64,000 bases of DNA from contig CACMBZ010000005.1 in NCBI GenBank assembly GCA_902612095.1, positions 274 to 64,273 of the forward strand, read 5' to 3'. Numbering within the stretch: the stretch's first letter is position 1; each line of letters begins with the position of its first letter. Source of the stretch: an uncultured Pelagibacteraceae bacterium. Its GTDB lineage: Bacteria > Pseudomonadota > Alphaproteobacteria > Pelagibacterales > AG-422-B15. Shown here one piece after another: positions 20,952 through 32,578 of the stretch. The notes below the pieces were generated by a model. It searched no databases, was not told the origin of the DNA, and was given only the letters and a program-made list of their open reading frames with translations. The position numbers and the translations under genes are program-made.

Positions 20952-21926
20952 ATGACCAATTTCAAGAATTTGAGAGCGTGGTGCCTAACAGATGGATCAG
21001 CAGGAATGATCAGTCAGGTCAAAGGCCTTGCAGATGCTCTTAATTTAAATTTTGAGCAAAAGACAATAGATTTAAAATTTCCTTGGAATAAGCTCCCAGT
21101 GGGAATATTGCCACCATCTAAAATTATATTTAACAATTACAGACAAATAAGCTTAGAAAGTAATATTCCTCCAGATATTATCATATCATGTGGTAAGAGG
21201 TCTATTTATGCATCTTTGCATCTCAAAAAATCATTAAAAAGTAAAGTCTTTTCAATTCACATACAAAATCCAAAAATTAACCCAGCTCATTTTGATTTGG
21301 TTGTCGCTCCAGCACATGATGATTTAAAAGGTAAAAATGTGCTTCAAACTGATTTGGCACTTAATCATATAAACAAAAGGCTACTAAGCAAAGAGGCTGA
21401 GCTTTACACAGCTCAATTCTCAAAAATAGAAAAACCTATTTGTGCAATTTTCTTAGGAGGTCAAAACAGAAACTATCGCTTCGATATATCTGTTGTTAAG
21501 GTATTAGCTGACCAAATTGATAAAATTATTAAAATTAATGACATTCAGATATACATTTTATTCTCAAGAAGAACTGATCAATTTATTATTGAATACCTGA
21601 AAGAACGTTTTTTGAATCAGAATATTATTTGGAACGGCGAAGGTAATCCTTATTTGGCCTTAATGAAGTTTTCTAAATATCTTATTTGTACATCTGACTC
21701 TGTTTCAATAATTTCAGAATCTATATCTTCAACTAAACCAGTATATATTTTTAAACTTCCAAGCTTAAAAAAAAATAACAGAATAGAAAAATTTATTACA
21801 ACGCTCTTGCAAAAAAATTACGCAAGGCCTTTAGGAGAAAAACTCGAAGACTTTACAAATTCATATGAAAATGAGACCTTCCAAGTAGCCAGAATGATTG
21901 AAGAAAGGTATAATAAAAAAGCATGA
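20952..21926 (+). CDS. ELM1/DUF1022-family protein (mitochondrial-fission ELM1 homologue, glycosyltransferase-like fold)
   Basis: 324 aa. The N-terminus W.LTDGSAGMISQVKGLADAL is the pattern I associate with alphaproteobacterial DUF1022 proteins. Recalled family, not searched. Confidence 0.65.
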   Translation: MTNFKNLRAWCLTDGSAGMISQVKGLADALNLNFEQKTIDLKFPWNKLPVGILPPSKIIFNNYRQISLESNIPPDIIISCGKRSIYASLHLKKSLKSKVFSIHIQNPKINPAHFDLVVAPAHDDLKGKNVLQTDLALNHINKRLLSKEAELYTAQFSKIEKPICAIFLGGQNRNYRFDISVVKVLADQIDKIIKINDIQIYILFSRRTDQFIIEYLKERFLNQNIIWNGEGNPYLALMKFSKYLICTSDSVSIISESISSTKPVYIFKLPSLKKNNRIEKFITTLLQKNYARPLGEKLEDFTNSYENETFQVARMIEERYNKKA

Positions 21927-22549
21927 CATTAATCAATGCTTTGAAAAACAATTTATCACATTCCAATGTACCTTTTAATCATTGGATAATTAACAATCCT
22001 CTTTCAGAAAAAGCAATAGACGAAATTTATTCTATTAATTTTCCAGAAGGTAAAGTTATTTTCGATGGTACAAGAGCAGGAGATAAAACAGGGGATAATT
22101 TACTTAGTAAGTTAAGAATATTTATCGATAAAGATAATGCAGAGGAATATTCTGAATTATTTGGACTAGTAAAAGAAATGCAATCAAAAGAATGTACTGA
22201 CTTCATTTCTAATCTAATCAATAGAGATCTAAAAAATTCTTATGTTAGATTAGAAGTCATTGCCGATCGAGATGGATTTTGGCTTGAACCACACTGTGAC
22301 ATCAAGGAAAAATTGATGTCATCAATTCTGTTTGTAAATAGATACGGAGAAAATGAAAATTTGGGAACAGATTTTTATACTCCGGATCTGAAAGTTGCTA
22401 AAACTCTACCTTATAAAAATAATACAGGGTATATTTTTACTTCAGAAAAAAATTCATGGCACGGACTTGAAAAGAAAAAAATTAAAAAAGAAAGACGCTG
22501 CTTACAATTAAATTATGTTACTTTTGAAACAGAGTGGCCGGTAGACTAA
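21923..22549 (+). CDS. hypothetical protein, possible 2OG-Fe(II) oxygenase/cupin-like fold
   Basis: 208 aa. ATGA-coupled to the ELM1-like gene. Candidate H-x-D (PHCD) followed by a distal H (SWHG) and R (RRCLQLNY). Function not established. Confidence 0.5.
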   Translation: MTLINALKNNLSHSNVPFNHWIINNPLSEKAIDEIYSINFPEGKVIFDGTRAGDKTGDNLLSKLRIFIDKDNAEEYSELFGLVKEMQSKECTDFISNLINRDLKNSYVRLEVIADRDGFWLEPHCDIKEKLMSSILFVNRYGENENLGTDFYTPDLKVAKTLPYKNNTGYIFTSEKNSWHGLEKKKIKKERRCLQLNYVTFETEWPVD

Positions 22550-23019
22550 TGGTAAAAAAAGAAATTGATAGTGTTGATCTAAAAATACTTCGAATACTTC
22601 AAGATGAAGGAAGAATTTCAAATCTAGATTTGTCTAAGAAAATTGAAATGTCTCCACCGCCTACACTAAGAAGAGTAAGAGACTTAGAAGATAATGGGTA
22701 TATTGATGGTTTTCGTGCAAATCTAGATCCATCAAAGCTTGGATATGACTTAGTAGCATGGATATTTGTGAGTTTAAAAAATCAAAATGAAGAAAGTCTA
22801 GGGTCTTTTGAAAAGCTGGTCTGGGGTTTGGAACCTATTAGAGAATGTTTTATGCTAAACGGTGAAATAGATTTTATTCTTAAATGTGTGGTGAAAAATA
22901 TGAACGAATTTAATAATTTTTTAACAACACATGTGACTTCAAATGAAAATATTTTGAGTGTCAAAACAGCTTTTGTCATAAAAAATACAAAGAAACTCGG
23001 TACTGTTCCTATAGATTAG
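22549..23019 (+). CDS. Lrp/AsnC-family transcriptional regulator
   Basis: Track ORF starts at 22534. I prefer the ATG at 22549 ([25 protein letters not shown]), which gives a TAATG junction with the upstream ORF. HTH plus a RAM/ACT-like C-terminal domain. Confidence 0.85.
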   Translation: MVKKEIDSVDLKILRILQDEGRISNLDLSKKIEMSPPPTLRRVRDLEDNGYIDGFRANLDPSKLGYDLVAWIFVSLKNQNEESLGSFEKLVWGLEPIRECFMLNGEIDFILKCVVKNMNEFNNFLTTHVTSNENILSVKTAFVIKNTKKLGTVPID

Positions 23020-26000
23020 TGAAATTTGGTTATAGGGTTAACTTCTAATTCATTATTTCTTAATTCTTTAATTGAATTAATAGCAGCTCTTGCACCAGAT
23101 ACCGTGAGAAAGTATGGCAAACTTTTCATGAGAGCAGTTCTTCTTATGCCAAAGGAGTCATTAATTGATTTTCTTCCTTCAGTTGTATTAATTATTATAT
23201 CAATTTTGTCATCAATTAACTCTTCAACAATATGAGGCGATCCTTGAGAAACCTTGTTAATTTTCTTAACCTTAACACCACCCTCAATCAAATAATCAGC
23301 TGTCCCCGCAGTTGCATTTACTTGAAATCCTAATTTTTGAAAGGATCTTATAATTGGAAGTATTTTTGGTTTATCAGAATCTTTTACAGATACGAATAAA
23401 GAACCTTTCCTAGGGAGAGGGTTAGAGGAAGCTAACTGACATTTGATAAAAGCTGACTCAAATGAATTATCGATAGCCATTACCTCCCCAGTAGATTTCA
23501 TTTCAGGGCCTAAGATGGTATCAACATTAGGAAAGCGTTTAAAAGGAAATACAGGTTCTTTAATTGAGATACAATTAGTTTTACCAATTTTAAATTTTTC
23601 TTTATTCAACGGTTTTCCCATTGCTGCACTGAGTGCTATTTTTACAATTGGATTACCTGTGGCTTTAGCTACAAACGGAACAGTTCGACTGCTTCTAGGG
23701 TTAACCTCAAGTAAAAATATATTATTATTTTGAATTGCAAATTGTATATTTAGTAAGCCTTTCACCTTCAGTGCAATAGCTAATTTTTTAGTCTGCTTTT
23801 CTATATCTTTAATTATTTTTTCCGACAATGAGTAAGGAGGTAACGTACATGTCGAGTCACCAGAATGGATTCCTGCCTCCTCAATATGTTCCATGATACC
23901 TGCAATAATGACTTTTTTTCCATCAGACACAGCATCGACATCTACTTCAATAGAGTCTTTCAAATAGTGATCAATTAGAACAGGGCTTTTACCACTAACT
24001 ACTACAGCTTCTTTGAAGTATTTTTTTAATTCATCTTCATTGTGAACAATTTCCATAGCTCTTCCGCCTAATACATATGATGGCCTTATCACTGCTGGAA
24101 AACCTATTTTCTTAATTACTGAGTTAGCTTCTTTTTCAGAATATGCAATACCATTTGCTGGTTGCAATAGATTTAGGTTTTCAGAAATCTTTTTAAATTT
24201 TTCTCTATCCTCAGCAGTGTCAATCGACTCAGTTGAAGTACCCAAAATTGGTATATTCATTTTATTTAAATATTCAGACAACTTAAGAGGCGTCTGACCG
24301 CCAAATTGAACAATAACCCCTAAAAGATTTCCTTTACTTTTTTCCTTTCTAATAATTTCATATACATTTTCATTCGTAAGGGGTTCAAAATAAAGTCTGT
24401 CACTTGTATCTGGGTCGGTAGATACTGTCTCAGGATTACAGTTGATCATGATTGTTTCATATTTTAATTCTTTTAGGGCAAATGAAGCATGACAGCAGCA
24501 ATAATCAAATTCAACACCTTGTCCAATTCGATTTGGACCACTTCCAAGAATAATTACCTTTTTTTTATTTGTTGGACTAGATTCGCATGTATCACTATTT
24601 AGAGAATTTTTAGCGTAAGTTGAGTACATGTATGGGGTCTTAGCTTCAAACTCAGCAGCACAGGTATCTATTCTTTTAAAGTCAGGAAAAATTTTGTTTT
24701 TGACACGCATATTAAAAACTTTCTCTTCCTTAGTATTACAGAGCTGTGATATTTTTTTGTCTGAAAATCCCAAAGATTTTATTCTAAGCAATTCTTTAGC
24801 GTTTCGTGGCAATCCTTTTTTTAGGGTTTTTTCCGTATCAACTATCCTTTTTATTTGACCAATAAACCAAGGATCGACTTTTGAGGACTTATGAATTTGA
24901 GCTATATCTAATCCAAAACGTAGTGCCTGAGCCACTAATAATAGTTTATCTGCAAGAGGTTTTTTAAGTTCAGATAAAATATTTTTCTTTGTGAGCTTTT
25001 TTTTATTCATACTTACAGTTACTTCGTCTAAGCCGTTTAAACTAGTTTCAAGCGACCTCATTGCTTTTTGTAATGACTCTGGAAATGACCTTCCAATAGC
25101 CATGACTTCACCAACAGATTTCATTGAACTTGATAGTAAAGGTTTCGTTAATTGAAATTTTTCAAAGGTAAATCTTGGAATTTTTGTAACCACATAGTCA
25201 ATTGTTGGCTCAAACGATGCAGGTGTAACTTTCGTAATTTCGTTAGTAAGTTCATCTAATGTGTACCCAACTGCTAATTTAGCGGCAACTTTGGCAATTG
25301 GAAACCCTGTCGCCTTAGAAGCTAAAGCAGAAGATCTGGAAACTCTTGGGTTCATTTCAATAATTACAAGCCTTCCATTTTCTGGATTGACAGCAAATTG
25401 AACATTAGAGCCTCCAGTCTCAACTCCAATTTCCCTAAGACATGCAATGGACGCGTTTCTCATAATTTGATATTCTTTATCAGTTAAAGTAAGTGCAGGA
25501 GCTATTGTTATTGAGTCACCCGTATGTACTCCCATAGGGTCTACATTTTCAATTGAGCATATGATTATACAATTATCATTTTTGTCTCTCACAACTTCCA
25601 TTTCAAATTCTTTCCATCCAGCCACGGACTCTTCAATTAAAATTTCATTTATCGGTGAATTATAAAGTCCAGAATTTGCGATTTCATCGAACTGCTTCTC
25701 GGTAGTTGCGATTCCTCCACCCGTACCTCCAAGTGTGAACGATGGTCTTATGATGACGGGTAATCCAATTTTCTTTAGAGCTTTTTTTGCGTCTTTAAAA
25801 TTTCTAGCAATTTCTGCTCTTGGGCATTCTAAGCCAATCTTAGTCATGGCTTTATAAAAACTTTCTCTTTCTTCCGCCTTTTTGATTGCTTTAAGATTTG
25901 CACCAATTAGTTCAACTTTATACTTTTTTAAAGTTCCATTTTTCGAAAGTTCAATTGCTATATTTAATGCTGTCTGACCTCCCATTGTAGGTAGAAGTAC

Positions 26001-26252
26001 ATCAGGTCTTTCTTTCTTTATTATTTTTGCAACAATTTCAGGTGTGATTGGTTCGATGTATACTACATCAGCAGTGTCAGGATCAGTCATTATAGTTGCA
26101 GGATTAGAATTAATTAGAATTACTCTATATCCCTCATCTCGTAATGCCTTACAAGCCTGTGTTCCTGAATAATCGAACTCGCATGCTTGTCCGATTATTA
26201 TTGGACCAGCTCCAACAATTAAAATAGATTTTATATCTTTTCTCTTAGGCAT
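23016..26252 (-). CDS. carB: carbamoyl-phosphate synthase large subunit
   Basis: 1078 aa. Duplicated ATP-grasp halves ([15 protein letters not shown] / [14 protein letters not shown]) and a C-terminal MGS-like domain. Confidence 0.97.
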   Translation of the reverse strand: MPKRKDIKSILIVGAGPIIIGQACEFDYSGTQACKALRDEGYRVILINSNPATIMTDPDTADVVYIEPITPEIVAKIIKKERPDVLLPTMGGQTALNIAIELSKNGTLKKYKVELIGANLKAIKKAEERESFYKAMTKIGLECPRAEIARNFKDAKKALKKIGLPVIIRPSFTLGGTGGGIATTEKQFDEIANSGLYNSPINEILIEESVAGWKEFEMEVVRDKNDNCIIICSIENVDPMGVHTGDSITIAPALTLTDKEYQIMRNASIACLREIGVETGGSNVQFAVNPENGRLVIIEMNPRVSRSSALASKATGFPIAKVAAKLAVGYTLDELTNEITKVTPASFEPTIDYVVTKIPRFTFEKFQLTKPLLSSSMKSVGEVMAIGRSFPESLQKAMRSLETSLNGLDEVTVSMNKKKLTKKNILSELKKPLADKLLLVAQALRFGLDIAQIHKSSKVDPWFIGQIKRIVDTEKTLKKGLPRNAKELLRIKSLGFSDKKISQLCNTKEEKVFNMRVKNKIFPDFKRIDTCAAEFEAKTPYMYSTYAKNSLNSDTCESSPTNKKKVIILGSGPNRIGQGVEFDYCCCHASFALKELKYETIMINCNPETVSTDPDTSDRLYFEPLTNENVYEIIRKEKSKGNLLGVIVQFGGQTPLKLSEYLNKMNIPILGTSTESIDTAEDREKFKKISENLNLLQPANGIAYSEKEANSVIKKIGFPAVIRPSYVLGGRAMEIVHNEDELKKYFKEAVVVSGKSPVLIDHYLKDSIEVDVDAVSDGKKVIIAGIMEHIEEAGIHSGDSTCTLPPYSLSEKIIKDIEKQTKKLAIALKVKGLLNIQFAIQNNNIFLLEVNPRSSRTVPFVAKATGNPIVKIALSAAMGKPLNKEKFKIGKTNCISIKEPVFPFKRFPNVDTILGPEMKSTGEVMAIDNSFESAFIKCQLASSNPLPRKGSLFVSVKDSDKPKILPIIRSFQKLGFQVNATAGTADYLIEGGVKVKKINKVSQGSPHIVEELIDDKIDIIINTTEGRKSINDSFGIRRTALMKSLPYFLTVSGARAAINSIKELRNNELEVNPITKFH

Positions 26253-27393
26253 TTTGTTTAATCATTTTTTTAAATTCTTGAAAAAGATAATGACTATCGT
26301 GTGGTCCAGGGCTTGCTTCTGGATGATATTGAACTGCAAATATATTTCTTCCTTTTCTTATACCTTCAACACTTCCATCGAATAATGATTTATGAGTTAT
26401 TTTTACATCTTTTGGAATAGATTTTTCAGTTACCTCAAAACCATGATTTTGAGATGTGATTTCTACTTTTTCTGTTTCAAGATTTTTTACGGGATGATTA
26501 GCCCCTCTGTGACCTTGAAACATTTTTTTTGTCTTTGCTCCTAATGCTAGAGAAATAAGTTGATGACCAAGACATATTCCAAATAATGGTATCCCTGATT
26601 TAATTAGTTTTTTTATAATTGGAATAGCGTATTTTCCTGTTGCCTTCGGATCACCTGGACCGTTCGAAAGAAAAATACCATTAGGACTATAAGAAAGAAT
26701 CTTATCTACGGAAGTTTTAGCTGGAACTAAAATAACCTCTAGATTTAGATCTAATAAGCAATTTAATATATTTTGCTTAATTCCATAATCTATTGCTACT
26801 ACTTTAAGTTTTGAACTTTTTTTAGTTTTATAAATTTTTATATTTTTGCGTGACACATCGATAGCCAGATCAAGTCCATTAAGCCCTCTCCATTTTTTTA
26901 TTTCCTTTAAACAGGATGCAGTTTTTTTATTGTTTATTGGACCTTCGATAATGCCACCTTTCGGCGCACCTTTAGAACGGATTCTATTTGTAATTAGTCT
27001 GGTATCAATATTACAAATACCTGGTACGTTATTTTTTTTAAGCCACGCATCTAGATGAAGGATAGATCTATAGTTTGATGGATCAGAAATATCACAATTA
27101 ATTATGATTCCTTTCGCATACGGTTTACTAGACTCGTTATCATCAAGATTTGTACCTACATTACCAATATGAGGAAAAGTAAAATTGATTATTTGTCCTG
27201 CATAAGAAGGGTCAGTTATTATTTCTTGATAACCTGTCATTGAGGTATTAAAACAAACTTCTCCTATTTCCATATTAGGAGAGCCAATTTTTAGTCCATT
27301 ATATCGGGAGCCATCTTCCAGAATAAGTTGACCTTCAATAGGTTTAGGTCGAGTTGTTGAGAGATCTTTTTTCAACCTATTCGCATTAACCAT
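26245..27393 (-). CDS. carA: carbamoyl-phosphate synthase small (glutaminase) subunit
   Basis: 382 aa. CPSase small-chain N-domain plus class I GATase ([20 protein letters not shown]). Confidence 0.95.
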   Translation of the reverse strand: MVNANRLKKDLSTTRPKPIEGQLILEDGSRYNGLKIGSPNMEIGEVCFNTSMTGYQEIITDPSYAGQIINFTFPHIGNVGTNLDDNESSKPYAKGIIINCDISDPSNYRSILHLDAWLKKNNVPGICNIDTRLITNRIRSKGAPKGGIIEGPINNKKTASCLKEIKKWRGLNGLDLAIDVSRKNIKIYKTKKSSKLKVVAIDYGIKQNILNCLLDLNLEVILVPAKTSVDKILSYSPNGIFLSNGPGDPKATGKYAIPIIKKLIKSGIPLFGICLGHQLISLALGAKTKKMFQGHRGANHPVKNLETEKVEITSQNHGFEVTEKSIPKDVKITHKSLFDGSVEGIRKGRNIFAVQYHPEASPGPHDSHYLFQEFKKMIKQNA

Positions 27394-27524
27394 ATGTAGT
27401 GATTCTAGATTTATAGAAATTTAGTGCAAATGGGGAATTCATGCAATAGTTAGATAAGATAATAAATATTAGATCTATTATTGCCACAATATATCTGATG
27501 ATGTAGATTTTATGTTTATCTCAA

Positions 27525-27983
27525 ATGAAAGAAAACATCACAATCGAATTATCTAATGCTCTCAAAAATGGCGATAAAGAGAGAATCCATACATTAAGAC
27601 TAGTACTGGCTGCTATTAAAGATAAAGAAATTGCAAGTCGATCCTCAGGGGAAGATTCTACCATTTCAGATGATACGGTTATTAGTCTTCTCAAAAAAAT
27701 GGTAAAGCAAAGAAATGATTCGATTGATATGTTTAAAAAAGCTGGACGAGATGAACTTGTTCAGAAAGAAAATAGCGAGATAGATATTATTAGTGAGTTT
27801 CTTCCAAAGCAACTTGGTGAGGAAGAGACTGTGATAGCTTGCGAAGAAGCGATTGGTGCAACTGAAGCAAAATCACTAAAGGAAATAGGAAAAGTGATAA
27901 AGTATTTGAAGGAAAATAGCTCACCAGCTCTTGATATTTCTTTAGCAAGTAAAATTATAAAGGAAAAACTTCAAAATTTATAG
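27525..27983 (+). CDS. GatB/YqeY domain-containing protein
   Basis: 152 aa. LRLVLAAIKDKEI and the SEID.I..FLPKQL pattern. Sits upstream of dnaG-rpoD as in many bacteria. Confidence 0.85.
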   Translation: MKENITIELSNALKNGDKERIHTLRLVLAAIKDKEIASRSSGEDSTISDDTVISLLKKMVKQRNDSIDMFKKAGRDELVQKENSEIDIISEFLPKQLGEEETVIACEEAIGATEAKSLKEIGKVIKYLKENSSPALDISLASKIIKEKLQNL

Positions 27984-28030
27984 ATACTTGGTAGTTATGT
28001 CTAACTATTTTCAAGTAATATATTTTATTT

Positions 28031-29836
28031 ATGCCTAGATATTCAAAAGAGTTTATTGGAGAAATTAAAACAAGATTACGTGTTTCAGATGTTGTTGGAA
28101 AGTTTGTAAAACTTACTCAAAGAGGAAACGAGTTTGTTGGGTTAAGTCCTTTCAAAAATGAAAAAACACCTTCATTCACTGTCAACGATGAAAAAGAATT
28201 CTTTCATTGTTTCAGTAGCGCTGAACATGGCGATATATTCTCTTTTTTAATGAAACATAAAAATATGTCTTATCCGGAGTCAATTGAATATTTAGCAAAT
28301 CAAGCAGGTTTGAATCCTGAAACTGGTATTATTCGAGATCCAAATTATGTAGAAAAAGATTTTTCAAGCTTAAAAAAAATAATTAACGAAGCCAACAATT
28401 ATTTTAAGGACCAACTAAAAGCTAGTTCAGAAGCTCAAAAGTATATTGATAAAAGATCAATTGATGCGAATATAATTCAAAAATTTGAATTAGGCTATTC
28501 TGGCAATGGTAATAATAATTTATATAACCATTTAAAAAAAATAGGATTGAATATTGATGACGCAATCTCTATTGGTCTAATTAAAAAATCAAATAAGAAA
28601 AAAGATGAATTTTACGATTTCTTTCGTAATCGATTTATGTTTCCAATCAAAGATTATAAATCAAACATTATTGCTTTTGGAGGAAGAGCTCTAGATAATT
28701 CCAACATAAAATATATAAATTCATCAGACAGTCCAATTTTCAAAAAAAGTTTTCAACTTTATAATTTAAATCTTGCAATTGAAGAAAATAGAAAACCAAG
28801 AAATTTAATTATTGTTGAAGGATATATGGATGTTATCACACTATATCAAAATAACTTTAAATCATCTGTAGCACCATTAGGTACAGCGCTTACAAGTTAC
28901 CAACTTGAACGAGCTTGGAAAGTTTGTCAAAATCCTATAATCATGTTCGATGGAGATGAAGCTGGACAAAAAGCAGCACAAAGAGTTGCATTACTTGCAT
29001 TGAGTAATTTATTACCTGATCATTCACTTCGATTTTGTATATTGCCTGAAGATTATGATCCAGATGATTATTTAAATAAGAATAGCCCATCAAGCTTGCA
29101 AGATGTTATTGATAATTCCCTATCATTATCTGAATTTATTTGGGATACAGAACTTGAAAAAGAAGATATTTCCATACCTGAGAAAAAAGCTGGTTTTGAA
29201 AAAAGGATAAGAATACTAACAAACAAAATAAATAACAAAACAGTACGTGAATACTATAACAAATTTTTTAATGATAAATTAAGCGAACTTAAATTTAATA
29301 GAAATATTTCCTACGAAGTAAATTATCAAAAGAAAAAAAATAGGATTTCTAATGAAATGCTTGCCAGTGACAGAGTTAAAAAGCATAGCCATGAGTCTAT
29401 TGTTCGTGAGAAAATCATGTTAATCTGCTTAATTGAGAATCCTTTCTTGATTGCGAAGTACTCAGAAGAACTAGGAAAAATTCGCTTTAATGATCTTAAT
29501 TTGTCATCATTGGTATCTGAAATCCTTGAATTCTCAGCTTCTAATGTTGATAAAGAGCTTGAAAACTTTGATTTAAAGTCTTATTTAACCGATAGGGGAT
29601 TAAATCAGGAGATCACATATATATTTCAACCAAAGCTACTAAGCACTTATAGTTCTATAATTAAGAATAAAAAGGTGGAGGTAGAACGAAGCTTTATCAG
29701 TCTTTTAGAATTACATAAAAATTTAGTTGAAGAAAATGACCTAGACATTGCTTTAAATGATTTAGAAGAAAAAATGGACGAAAAAAGCTTTGAAAATTTT
29801 ATGAGAATAAAAAAAGAAAGCATAAGCAAAAATTAA
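28031..29836 (+). CDS. dnaG: DNA primase
   Basis: 601 aa. Zinc-ribbon region ([36 protein letters not shown]) and TOPRIM ([22 protein letters not shown]). Confidence 0.95.
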   Translation: MPRYSKEFIGEIKTRLRVSDVVGKFVKLTQRGNEFVGLSPFKNEKTPSFTVNDEKEFFHCFSSAEHGDIFSFLMKHKNMSYPESIEYLANQAGLNPETGIIRDPNYVEKDFSSLKKIINEANNYFKDQLKASSEAQKYIDKRSIDANIIQKFELGYSGNGNNNLYNHLKKIGLNIDDAISIGLIKKSNKKKDEFYDFFRNRFMFPIKDYKSNIIAFGGRALDNSNIKYINSSDSPIFKKSFQLYNLNLAIEENRKPRNLIIVEGYMDVITLYQNNFKSSVAPLGTALTSYQLERAWKVCQNPIIMFDGDEAGQKAAQRVALLALSNLLPDHSLRFCILPEDYDPDDYLNKNSPSSLQDVIDNSLSLSEFIWDTELEKEDISIPEKKAGFEKRIRILTNKINNKTVREYYNKFFNDKLSELKFNRNISYEVNYQKKKNRISNEMLASDRVKKHSHESIVREKIMLICLIENPFLIAKYSEELGKIRFNDLNLSSLVSEILEFSASNVDKELENFDLKSYLTDRGLNQEITYIFQPKLLSTYSSIIKNKKVEVERSFISLLELHKNLVEENDLDIALNDLEEKMDEKSFENFMRIKKESISKN

Positions 29837-29837
29837 A

Positions 29838-31853
29838 ATGAAAAAAAGAGGTAGAAAAAAAAAGCAGGTCAAAGCTGAAGCTGAAAGCTTACAGGCACAA
29901 GCAAATGATCAAGATGGTCCTGTCCTAGATTTAGAAAAATCAATAATAAAAAAGCTTATTAAGCAAGGTAAAAAAGACGGTTATCTAACCCACGAATTAA
30001 TTAAAAAATCTTTTCCAGAGGATAAATTTACCTCTGAACAGATTGAACAATATACAACGAAGCTATCTCAAGTTGGATTTGATATTATTGACTCTGACGA
30101 CTCCGATAATGATGATGATAAAGATGACGAGTCACCTTCAGCAAAATCAGGTACAGAAAAAACAGATGATCCAGTTAAATTATACCTCAGAGAAATGGGA
30201 ACAGTTGATCTACTATCTCGTGAGGGCGAAATTGCGATAGCTAAACGAATTGAAGCTGGCCAAGAAGCAATGATTTCTGGACTATGTGAAAGTCCACTCA
30301 CACTGCAGGCGATACTTGATTGGAGGGATGATATAATTGCTGAAAAAATAACGTTAAGAGAAGTTATTGATCTTGAATCATTGTTTGAGGAGTCTCCAAA
30401 TAAAAAAGAACTGAGCAAAAAAATAAAAGAAGCAAAAAAAAGAAAAGAACAAGAAGAAAAAGAAGAAATTAGAAAAAGAAAAGAGGCTGAAAAAAAATCC
30501 TCTACTTATGGTGATGAAACAGAGCCAATGATTGAAACTTCCTCAGATCAAGTAATTGAGGAATACGAAGATGCTGATGATGAATTAAACGTTTCAATTG
30601 CAATAATGGAAGAGGAGTTAAAGCCTCAGATCCTTGAAACATTTAAAAAATTAAATAAAAGTTTTAAAAAGCTACAAAAGCTACAAAAGGATAAAATTGC
30701 ATTCCAGGAAAAGGGCAAAGAATTTCCATCAAGATCTGAAAAAAACTATCAGACTTCTAAGGCTGTTGTTGTTGAATTGATTAAAGGCTTACAAATAAAC
30801 ACAAATAAAATTGAAGAGTTAATTAATAAGTTATACGTAATTAATAAAGGAATTGTATCTTTGGAAGGTAAATTATTAAGACTTGCAGTTCAATATAAGA
30901 TCTCAAGAGACGAATTCTTGGATAAATACATCGGAAATGAGAATAATCCCTATTGGTTAAGAAAAATTACTAGACTTTCTGGATGGGAAAAATTTGTCAA
31001 AGAGGAAAAAAATAATATTAAAAATATAATGAACGAGGTTAGAGCCGCTGCAAGTAATATAGGTTTAACACTTAATGAATTTAAGAGAATTGTCAGTAAT
31101 GTACAAAAAGGGGAGAGAGAATCAAGTATTGCTAAAAAAGAAATGATTGAAGCCAACCTGCGATTAGTAATTTCTATCGCAAAAAAATATACTAACAGAG
31201 GTTTACAATTTTTAGACTTAATACAAGAGGGTAATATTGGTTTAATGAAGGCGGTAGATAAATTTGAATATAGACGAGGTTATAAGTTTTCAACTTATGC
31301 AACTTGGTGGATCCGGCAGGCAATTACTAGATCTATAGCAGATCAAGCTAGAACTATTCGTATACCAGTGCATATGATAGAAACAATCAATAAGATTGTA
31401 AGAACACAAAGGTTGCTTTTAAATGAAATAGGAAGGGAACCAACACCTGAAGAAATATCTACAAAATTAAATATGCCTCTTGAGAAAGTTAGAAAAGTTT
31501 TAAAGATTGCAAAAGAGCCTGTAAGCCTTGAAACTCCAGTTGGTGATGAAGAAGACAGTCACTTAGGTGACTTTATACAAGATGAGAATGCTGTTATCCC
31601 AATTGACGCAGCTATTCACTCTAACTTGAGACAAACTACTACCAAAATATTATCGTCTTTAACCCCTCGTGAAGAAAGGGTGCTAAGAATGAGATTTGGT
31701 ATTGGCATGAATTCAGACCATACACTTGAGGAAGTTGGACAACAATTTTCAGTTACGAGGGAGAGAATTAGGCAGATTGAGGCAAAAGCGCTCAGAAAAC
31801 TGAAGCACCCAACTCGAGCAAAGCTTTTAAAAAGTTTTCTAGATAAAAACTAG
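29838..31853 (+). CDS. rpoD: RNA polymerase primary sigma factor
   Basis: 671 aa. Acidic region 1, region 2 ([56 protein letters not shown]) and region 4 ([20 protein letters not shown]). Confidence 0.97.
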   Translation: MKKRGRKKKQVKAEAESLQAQANDQDGPVLDLEKSIIKKLIKQGKKDGYLTHELIKKSFPEDKFTSEQIEQYTTKLSQVGFDIIDSDDSDNDDDKDDESPSAKSGTEKTDDPVKLYLREMGTVDLLSREGEIAIAKRIEAGQEAMISGLCESPLTLQAILDWRDDIIAEKITLREVIDLESLFEESPNKKELSKKIKEAKKRKEQEEKEEIRKRKEAEKKSSTYGDETEPMIETSSDQVIEEYEDADDELNVSIAIMEEELKPQILETFKKLNKSFKKLQKLQKDKIAFQEKGKEFPSRSEKNYQTSKAVVVELIKGLQINTNKIEELINKLYVINKGIVSLEGKLLRLAVQYKISRDEFLDKYIGNENNPYWLRKITRLSGWEKFVKEEKNNIKNIMNEVRAAASNIGLTLNEFKRIVSNVQKGERESSIAKKEMIEANLRLVISIAKKYTNRGLQFLDLIQEGNIGLMKAVDKFEYRRGYKFSTYATWWIRQAITRSIADQARTIRIPVHMIETINKIVRTQRLLLNEIGREPTPEEISTKLNMPLEKVRKVLKIAKEPVSLETPVGDEEDSHLGDFIQDENAVIPIDAAIHSNLRQTTTKILSSLTPREERVLRMRFGIGMNSDHTLEEVGQQFSVTRERIRQIEAKALRKLKHPTRAKLLKSFLDKN

Positions 31854-31894
31854 TTTGTAAACCTTAAATTCTCTGTGTATAAAAGTTTTTATAA

Positions 31895-31971
31895 GGGCCC
31901 ATAGCTCAGTTGGTTAGAGCCCTCCGCTCATAACGGAGTTGTCCTAGGTTCGAGTCCTAGTGGGCCCACCA
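31895..31971 (+). tRNA. tRNA with CAU anticodon (elongator Met or lysidine-modified Ile2), CCA encoded
   Basis: Hand-folded 77-nt cloverleaf. Acceptor GGGCCCA/TGGGCCC, D-arm GCTC..GAGC, anticodon stem CTCCG/CGGAG with loop CTCATAA, T-arm CTAGG-TTCGAGT-CCTAG, then ACCA. Not an initiator: G1:C72 is paired and there is no GGG/CCC anticodon stem. Confidence 0.9.
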
Positions 31972-32086
31972 AATAATTCAATGACTTAGGTCATATATTC
32001 CCAACTTTTATCTTTCGAAACGAGATCAGATCGTCATCTGGTCGTCAATTATATTATAAATATCTCATTGCTATTAGGACTATAGA

Positions 32087-32413
32087 ATGTATTATTTAAA
32101 TGTGAAAAAAATAATTATTTATTTTGCAATGCTTCTATTTATTTACTCTTGCGCTAAACCCCATGTAGTAGAAACAAGACAATATGGTGATGCAGATAAA
32201 TCATGTTCTCAATTAGATGATGAAATTTACAGAACTGAACAAGTGATTAAAGATGCGAAAGAGGAAAGAGGGTTAACTGGAACAAATATAGCTTCTACGT
32301 TATTTTGGTTGCCTGGTTTAGCTGCAACATATATGAATGTAAATAAAGCTGTTGAAGCAGGTGAAGAAAGACTTGATGTTCTCTATAATTTAAAAGCAAA
32401 AAAGAACTGTTAG
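32087..32413 (+). CDS. small putative lipoprotein, unknown function
   Basis: 108 aa. Hydrophobic signal sequence ending in the lipobox-like FIYSC. The GTG at 32102 (VKKIII...) is an alternative start. It is the only ORF in cassette 1. Confidence 0.55.
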   Translation: MYYLNVKKIIIYFAMLLFIYSCAKPHVVETRQYGDADKSCSQLDDEIYRTEQVIKDAKEERGLTGTNIASTLFWLPGLAATYMNVNKAVEAGEERLDVLYNLKAKKNC

Positions 32414-32514
32414 AGAACTTTAAGTTTCGTCATTCAGTTGTCATTGACTCTAAAAACTTAATATTTACAGAACTAAATTTGTTACATAATCTAGCTTAAA
32501 TGTTAAAGCTCACA

Positions 32515-32560
32515 GCTCATAACGGAGTTGTCCTAGGTTCGAGTCCTAGTGGGCCCACCA
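32515..32560 (+). repeat. direct repeat R1: 46/46 copy of tRNA positions 31926-31971 (anticodon loop to CCA), att-like
   Basis: gctcataacggagttgtcctaggttcgagtcctagtgggcccacca is identical to the tRNA 3' portion. The upstream gttaaagctcaca resembles a mutated D-arm/anticodon stem that can no longer pair, so this is not a functional tRNA. Confidence 0.9.
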
Positions 32561-32578
32561 AGAAAATAGCCCAAAAAA

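Noticed and set aside
32443-32514. An outward-facing sigma70 promoter in the conserved arm upstream of R1 (for example a cataat -10 candidate)
   Set aside because: The -35 match is poor, and the candidate -10 is not conserved in the homologous arm upstream of R3. It cannot be supported from sequence alone.
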